Assembly (NCBI GenBank): GCA_016181765.1
Contig: JACOYR010000001.1
Location: 93,062 to 157,061 of the forward strand
Length of the DNA stretch: 64,000 nucleotides
Reading direction: 5' to 3'
From: Parcubacteria group bacterium
Lineage (GTDB): Bacteria > Patescibacteriota > Patescibacteriia > UBA2169
Part shown: positions 58,383-64,000 of the stretch, piece by piece
How the letters are laid out: the number at the start of each line of letters is the position of its first letter
How positions within the stretch are numbered: position 1 is the first letter of the stretch
Notes under the pieces: generated by a model
The model's input: the letters and a program-made list of their open reading frames with translations, nothing else
Told to the model about the DNA's origin: nothing
The model's database searches: none
Position numbers and translations under genes: made by a program

Positions 58383-58961
58383 TTACTTTTGACGGGCCAG
58401 CAGCTGGGCTTCGGCCTTTTTAAAATCTTCTTCAGTATGGATATCAACGGCATCGTCGACAATCAGCAGTTCCGGCTCCGGATTCCACGCGTCAAGATAA
58501 TTCTCCAAACGTTCCCGCGAAAGCGCCCACACGGAGCCGTACACGCAATTTTTTGGCTCGTAGCCGCGGATTGGGTATGTGGTCATGATTTCATTATACC
58601 CATAACGCTCCATAAGCTCTTTTGTTTGCTGGATGATTTCCGACCTGGTTGTCGGTGAGTCCGCCTTGACCGCGACAATGCCATCCGGGTTGTCCATGTG
58701 TTCAAAAGCGTGTTGGTACACATCAATGTTCGGCACATCGCTTTTGCATAGCTCGACCGGCCGCTTAATGGGGCAGGCGCCGAGCTTTTTGCTTTCTTCA
58801 AGAATAAAATCCGAATCAGAGCTTACATACACCTCATCAAACAAATCAAGGCACTTTTCCAAATTCCACACAAACATTGGTTTGCCGCAAAAATCCCTGA
58901 AATTTTTATCCGGCAAACGCTTGCTTTCTTTTTTGGCTATCATGAGTGCAACGGTTCTCAT
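58383..58961 (-). CDS. Cytidylyltransferase, NeuA-like (copy 3, short and divergent)
   Basis: AKKESKRLPDKN, VDIHT. Confidence 0.8.
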   Translation of the reverse strand: MRTVALMIAKKESKRLPDKNFRDFCGKPMFVWNLEKCLDLFDEVYVSSDSDFILEESKKLGACPIKRPVELCKSDVPNIDVYQHAFEHMDNPDGIVAVKADSPTTRSEIIQQTKELMERYGYNEIMTTYPIRGYEPKNCVYGSVWALSRERLENYLDAWNPEPELLIVDDAVDIHTEEDFKKAEAQLLARQK

Positions 58962-59578
58962 ACAATCTCCGGAGCTGCGCCATAGTTTGCGCGGATGCGC
59001 AAATGGCGGTGAATATTAAAACCTTTTTTGCTTTTGGCTTTCCAGTCGCAATACCGGCCAACGTATATCTGGTCGCCATTGCCATCCGTGTCTGAACACC
59101 AGATAAAATCATGTTTCCAGAGCGTGCCACCTTTTGTGTGCAGATAGTACGCAAAAAAGGTAAACGCGGCGAGTATTGCTGATGGAAACAATTTCCGGCC
59201 TTTTATGCGCGATGGCTCCTTGCCGCGCGTTGCGGATTTGATACTCGCGCTGACCAGGTGCCATTGCGCTCCCAAAGCCTGAGATGCAAATCTTTCTTTA
59301 AGGTACCAGTCCTGATTATAAAAACACGGCTGTTTTTTTGGATTCATCCCGAACCGATTACGCATATTGTTGATGGTTACATTTTTGCCGCTCTTAAACT
59401 TTGGAACACCCAGAATCAACACAGCGCTTGCGCGGTACTTTTTAAGTGTCTGCGCGGAAAAAGGAATTTTCGGTGATTTTAATACGCGCGCAATGCTCAG
59501 TTGTGAACTGATTGCATTAAGCTCATCCGGCCCAATAAAATTCCTGCCCATTATTTTTTTAGCTACTGCAATATCCAT
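58958..59578 (-). CDS. Hypothetical protein, possible C-type-lectin-like fold
   Basis: AKKIMGRNFIG, FYNQDWY, WCSD...IYVG...YGAA; coupled within the operon. Confidence 0.65.
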   Translation of the reverse strand: MDIAVAKKIMGRNFIGPDELNAISSQLSIARVLKSPKIPFSAQTLKKYRASAVLILGVPKFKSGKNVTINNMRNRFGMNPKKQPCFYNQDWYLKERFASQALGAQWHLVSASIKSATRGKEPSRIKGRKLFPSAILAAFTFFAYYLHTKGGTLWKHDFIWCSDTDGNGDQIYVGRYCDWKAKSKKGFNIHRHLRIRANYGAAPEIV

Positions 59579-59586
59579 ATATGACG

Positions 59587-60174
59587 TTATGCTTGCGCCT
59601 CTTTCCATTCTTGATATTTGAATGCGTCTTGGATTGATGCGACATGGCCCCTTGCGGAATATTCCTCTATCTTTTGAATCTCGCCTTCAAACAATTCTTT
59701 GCGATTCTTGTCAATGACTTTTGCAAACCACGCCAAATCTCGTGCGGGCGAATTATATATCTGAATCTTGAGATTGGCGTTTTTCATTGCCTGTAAAAAT
59801 GTGAGGTATGCCCGCAACTGGTGATAGTGTGAAGCAACCAGAATGATTTTCTGCCAACCGCGCTCGGCAATAATTTTCATAACTTCCGTACCTTGTTCAA
59901 ATGTGTTTTGTGATGCCGATTCAAGAATGATCTTTTCTTTGGGAATGTCTCTTGCGTACAGTTCCTCAGCAAGTCCCGGGGCTGGAATGGCAACTTCCGG
60001 GTTTCCCTCAAATCCACCCGAAACCACGACATAATCCGCGAGTCCTTGTTCAAAAATTCGAATAACTTCATCACGTCGCGCCAAACCATCCCCCTCAAGC
60101 AAAACAACTGCATCAGATTTTTTCACCGTGTCATTGCTCACGATAGCGACAATTATTGCAAGTTCTGTATTCAT
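59587..60174 (-). CDS. YdcF/DUF218 family protein
   Basis: VVSGG, ESASQNTFE, VASHYHQLRA. Confidence 0.82.
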   Translation of the reverse strand: MNTELAIIVAIVSNDTVKKSDAVVLLEGDGLARRDEVIRIFEQGLADYVVVSGGFEGNPEVAIPAPGLAEELYARDIPKEKIILESASQNTFEQGTEVMKIIAERGWQKIILVASHYHQLRAYLTFLQAMKNANLKIQIYNSPARDLAWFAKVIDKNRKELFEGEIQKIEEYSARGHVASIQDAFKYQEWKEAQA

Positions 60175-60178
60175 ACAT

Positions 60179-61243
60179 TTAAGCCACATCATCCCACTTA
60201 ATTGGCTCGCCCGCAGAAATGTCGCGCTTAGCCGGTTTGCCGATAATGTCTTTTTTGTGTTTCGGCAGAATACCGAGTGCCGGACGCAGTTCTATGACAT
60301 TCTCTCCACTAAATGCCTCGCCCTTTTTGACATCAACCTTGGCGCACAAACCGCGCCGCTGGACAATCACGGTTTCCGATTCTTCGGGGACAACTTCTTT
60401 TTTTGCGCTTCCGAGCGCTTGCTCCATCTCCCTGACTCTCCGGACCATTGCGCCAAACTCTTTTGGGTCCATTGAATGCGGATGATCCGGCCCGTGCGCG
60501 CTCTTATCAAGCGTAAAGTGCTTTTCAATCACTTTGCCGCCGAGCGCAATTGAGCCGAGCACCACCGTGTCCCCTGGCGTGTGGTCCGAGTATCCGGTAA
60601 TAATGCCATAGGATTCCTGGTACGTCTTTAGTACATTTAGGTTTGCGCTCTCGATTTTTGAAGGATAATTGGTAATGCATTGCAAAAGCGCCAAATCTAT
60701 ATTGCCGGTTGCGGCAATGGCGGCAACTGCCTCATCCACTTCCGCGAGTGTTGATGCTCCGGTGGCAAGAATTACCGGCTTTCCTTTGCGGGCAATGTAC
60801 TCAAGCATTTCAAGCCAGGTAATGTCCCCGGAGCCGATTTTATAAAAATCAACTCCGCATTCTTCCATAAGGTCAACCGCCTCAAAATCGTACGGCGCGC
60901 TGGATGCCATAATGCCGATTGATTTGCAGTAGTCAAAAAACTCTTTATGCCACTCGCGAGGAAATTCCGCTTCTTTAAAAATTTCATCGACTGGCCTGCC
61001 CCAGCTGCCGTGCACGCCTTTGAGTTGCATGGACGCAAAACCTTTGCCGGATACGATCTTGGGCGCGAGAAAGCTTTGGATTTTAACCACATCGCCGCCC
61101 GCTTGTTTGACCGCCAAAGCAAGCTCCTTTGCCTTATCCAAATTGCGGTCAAAATTCGCGCCAATATCAGCAATAATCAGTGCTGGCTGACCTTCGCCGA
61201 TTAACCTGCCCCCTATATTGATTGTTTTGGGAAAATTATACAT
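60179..61243 (-). CDS. neuB: Nonulosonate synthase, NeuB family (copy 3, atypical ADIGANF)
   Basis: KIGSGD, GYSDHT, IEKHFT, SAF domain. Confidence 0.88.
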   Translation of the reverse strand: MYNFPKTINIGGRLIGEGQPALIIADIGANFDRNLDKAKELALAVKQAGGDVVKIQSFLAPKIVSGKGFASMQLKGVHGSWGRPVDEIFKEAEFPREWHKEFFDYCKSIGIMASSAPYDFEAVDLMEECGVDFYKIGSGDITWLEMLEYIARKGKPVILATGASTLAEVDEAVAAIAATGNIDLALLQCITNYPSKIESANLNVLKTYQESYGIITGYSDHTPGDTVVLGSIALGGKVIEKHFTLDKSAHGPDHPHSMDPKEFGAMVRRVREMEQALGSAKKEVVPEESETVIVQRRGLCAKVDVKKGEAFSGENVIELRPALGILPKHKKDIIGKPAKRDISAGEPIKWDDVA

Positions 61244-61247
61244 ACGC

Positions 61248-62024
61248 TTACGTAATCGTAAACCCTCCATCAACCGGTATGACCGCGCCGGAGATATAGC
61301 GCGAAGCATCGCTCGCCAAGAAAACCACAACGCCTTTTATGTCATCGGCCTCTGCCATGCGGCCCAGAGGAACTTTTTTAGTATACTGCTCAACAAACCG
61401 CTCGCTCTGATTATTAAACAACCCGCCCGGCGCAATACAGTTAACTCTGATGCCGTCTTTTGCAAGCAGAGAAGCCAGATACTTGGAAAACATAATCATG
61501 CCGCCCTTGTGATACGGATAATCCGGCTCTGTCTGCAAATCTGTCCTTTGGTAGACATTCTGATCCGGCGCAACCAATCCATAGATTGAGCTGACGTTGA
61601 TAATTGAGCCGCCTTTCTCTTTCATTGCTCGCGCGAATGCACGGCAGGTGATAAAGAGGCCGCGGGCGTTTACGGCCATGGAGCGATCCCAATTTTCTAC
61701 GGTATCGTCAAAAAATTTCTTCATAGGCCGCTCCACAGCACAATTGACCAGGATATCCGGCGTCTTGAATTTCTTGGTAACCTCCTGCAAGCACGATACG
61801 ACGCTGGCCTCGTCTGACTGGTCCATCGCAAACCCTTCAGCAATCAGACCTTGCGCCTTTAATCTGCCGGCCGCATCATCACACCGTTCTTTACTCTTGG
61901 ACGCAACGCACACATTCGCTCCTGCCTCTGCCAAGGCCTCGCTGATGGGGAGTCCGATTTTGCCGGCCCCGCCAATAACCACCGCACATTTCCCCTGCAA
62001 TGAATATAAATCCCTAATATGCAT
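61248..62024 (-). CDS. Short-chain dehydrogenase (PtmA-like)
   Basis: GGAGKIG, SSIYG, YPYHKGG, RVNCIAPGG. Confidence 0.85.
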   Translation of the reverse strand: MHIRDLYSLQGKCAVVIGGAGKIGLPISEALAEAGANVCVASKSKERCDDAAGRLKAQGLIAEGFAMDQSDEASVVSCLQEVTKKFKTPDILVNCAVERPMKKFFDDTVENWDRSMAVNARGLFITCRAFARAMKEKGGSIINVSSIYGLVAPDQNVYQRTDLQTEPDYPYHKGGMIMFSKYLASLLAKDGIRVNCIAPGGLFNNQSERFVEQYTKKVPLGRMAEADDIKGVVVFLASDASRYISGAVIPVDGGFTIT

Positions 62025-62907
62025 ACTGACCTTCTAAAATTACGTTTGCTATCTTAACGGTATCGTTATACGAAACCGGCCTTTTTCCGGTTTCAACCAT
62101 ATTCACAAATGATTCCAGCATCTTGCGGAAACTGTAGAAGAAATCCGTAAACGGAACAACATACGGCTCTCTGTCTGCGGAAAACACCGTGAACTGAATG
62201 GGCAAATGCGCGTCTTTAATGCACTCCAGTATCACATTCAAACCTGATCGATATTTAATTTGGACAATATCGTGATCTTTTTTGCCTGGCAGAGGTTTGA
62301 CTGACTCAATATCTAATCCGAATATCTCCGCAATTCCCTCAAGTAAGTGGTGCCCATACCGCATCCACGATTCCCGGCTTACGCCGTGGACTGTCCGGAC
62401 AGAACCAAGATCTATGTCTTTTTTTGCTTTTGCAACGTCCCGTGTAAACCGGGAACTAGAGCCCGCCATAAACGGATATTCCAGGCCGGTCAGCTTTTCG
62501 AATTCGACAAGCTCCTGCTTGGTTGCCGCAATTTGCTTATCAATAAACAGCGGCACGCGCTTTTCTAAAAATGGCTTTGCCATCTCTAAATGATTCTCTA
62601 CATCATCCCGCGCAAGAATGACCGCATCAACCTTTCCGATTAAATCCGTATAATTATCAACGATATTCTGAATCTTTGATACTGCGGCAACATCTTCTGA
62701 AAGCTTCTTATCCTGCGTCCAGACGTGCGTGACTTTCGCGCTATCAAGCATGTTCTCGTTGCGGTGCTCACGGGGCAAATATTCGCGGATCAGCTCATAC
62801 GGACAGCGCTTTTCCAGCTCGCCGGGATCATACCCGTTAAAAATCGCGGAATACGAAAACGGATGCCCGTTGCCTTCGTTTAATCCTATAATGCCTAAGG
62901 TAATCAT
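62014..62907 (-). CDS. Gfo/Idh/MocA-like oxidoreductase
   Basis: GIIG..EGNGHP, FIDKQ, YGHH. Confidence 0.75.
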   Translation of the reverse strand: MITLGIIGLNEGNGHPFSYSAIFNGYDPGELEKRCPYELIREYLPREHRNENMLDSAKVTHVWTQDKKLSEDVAAVSKIQNIVDNYTDLIGKVDAVILARDDVENHLEMAKPFLEKRVPLFIDKQIAATKQELVEFEKLTGLEYPFMAGSSSRFTRDVAKAKKDIDLGSVRTVHGVSRESWMRYGHHLLEGIAEIFGLDIESVKPLPGKKDHDIVQIKYRSGLNVILECIKDAHLPIQFTVFSADREPYVVPFTDFFYSFRKMLESFVNMVETGKRPVSYNDTVKIANVILEGQYAY

Positions 62908-63932
62908 ATATTCTCACCGCCGTCGACGTGTACTTTAATCAGCTCCCTAAGCTGTTCAGCCGAAAGCCATTCTTTGTTCTTGTCGCTTGTATACTCAAAC
63001 CCTTCTGCGCATCTGCTGCCTCCGAATTCTTGAATGTATTCCTCTTCGGACCACTTTTTTCGGGATGGCATAATAGCGAAACGGTCGCCAAAATCCACCG
63101 CCGAAAGCGAATCGTTTGCGGTTATCATTTCTTCGTGCAGTTTTTCGCCGGGGCGGACGCCGATTACCTCCTGTTTACAGTCAGGCGCGACCGCGGTTGC
63201 CAGGTCCGTAATTTTGTAGCTTGGGATCTTTGGGATAAATATCTCCCCGCCCCACATGCGGCTTAGGGTTTCCAGGACAAAACGCGCGCCCTGTTCTGCG
63301 GTAATATTAAAACGCGTCATCCGCGGATCCGTAACTGGCAGCACGCCCGAACCCTGCCGCTCGATAAAGTACGGGATCACGCTCCCCCTGCTTCCCATAA
63401 CATTGCCGTAGCGAACTACGGAAAATGCAATGTCCCGGCTGCCTTTAAAGTTATTGGCTGCCACAAACAGCTTGTCCGAACACAGTTTAGATGCTCCGTA
63501 CAGGTTAATAGGCGCTGCCGCCTTATCTGTGGAGAGCGCCACAACTTTTTTAACACTGGAATCAAGGCACGCCTCAATCACGTTCTGCGCGCCCATAATG
63601 TTGGTCTGTATGCACTCAAACGGATTGTACTCGGCGGTAGTAACCTGTTTTAAGGCCGCGGCATGGATTACGTAATCAATGCCTTCCATGGCCCGCCGCA
63701 GGCGGGCCTGATCGCGCACGTCACCGATAAAGTAGCGCATTTTGGCGTCGCGTCCGTACTCCCCGGCCGGATACTGCTTGGCCATTTCGTACTGCTTAAG
63801 CTCGTCACGCGAATAAATAACAACTCTCCGCACGCCGGGATACTGCTCGTGAATCACTTTCACCAGCGCATGGCCGAGAGATCCTGTCCCTCCGGTAATA
63901 AGTATGGAAGCGTTTTGTAAAGTAGTATCCAT
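62904..63932 (-). CDS. pseB: UDP-GlcNAc 4,6-dehydratase (inverting)
   Basis: SRDELKQ, HAAALKQV, AEYNPFEC, RYGNVMGSRGS, RPGEKLHE. Confidence 0.9.
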   Translation of the reverse strand: MDTTLQNASILITGGTGSLGHALVKVIHEQYPGVRRVVIYSRDELKQYEMAKQYPAGEYGRDAKMRYFIGDVRDQARLRRAMEGIDYVIHAAALKQVTTAEYNPFECIQTNIMGAQNVIEACLDSSVKKVVALSTDKAAAPINLYGASKLCSDKLFVAANNFKGSRDIAFSVVRYGNVMGSRGSVIPYFIERQGSGVLPVTDPRMTRFNITAEQGARFVLETLSRMWGGEIFIPKIPSYKITDLATAVAPDCKQEVIGVRPGEKLHEEMITANDSLSAVDFGDRFAIMPSRKKWSEEEYIQEFGGSRCAEGFEYTSDKNKEWLSAEQLRELIKVHVDGGENI

Positions 63933-64000
63933 ATCGTTCTGATTAAAGACCCAAAGCGCTGGACAAGGCTTTGGATAAGTTAGTAAGATTATCGTCGTGG

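Noticed and set aside
57705-58658. Long antisense ORFs such as the 317-aa plus-strand frame
   Set aside because: They shadow recognisable minus-strand genes and carry no motifs.
63944-64000. 3' end of an upstream minus-strand gene
   Set aside because: Too short to assign a product.

Overview
Bacterial window, standard code 11, very tightly packed and mostly on the minus strand. Gene content and protein families suggest a Patescibacteria (CPR) genome, which is inference. It is a large cell-envelope/glycan region. 1-8 kb holds rfbB/rfbC, a PfkB kinase, HIT, hicB with a hicA remnant, a type II restriction-modification pair, a DUF4258/DUF2283-like TA pair and two orphan genes, one HNH-like. 8-34 kb holds glycosyltransferases, a GT-C-like membrane protein, nucleotide-sugar enzymes, an S8 protease, an O-antigen-ligase-like/TPR protein, an RND pump and two Ser/Thr-rich secreted proteins. 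34-64 kb is an unusually large nonulosonic-acid cluster (3 NeuB, 3 NeuA, 2 NeuC, 2 PseB-like, amidotransferase trio, carbamoyltransferase). The most striking non-gene signals are: (i) at least four families of short palindromic elements, some inserted in frame inside proteins and some with compensatory stem changes around a conserved core; (ii) near-absence of TCGA left of ~44.5 kb versus abundance to the right; (iii) three apparent short-deletion junctions; (iv) DnaA boxes in a divergent envelope promoter. No CRISPR array, tRNA, rRNA, transposase or reverse transcriptase was seen. All family calls come from motif recognition by eye, not database searches.
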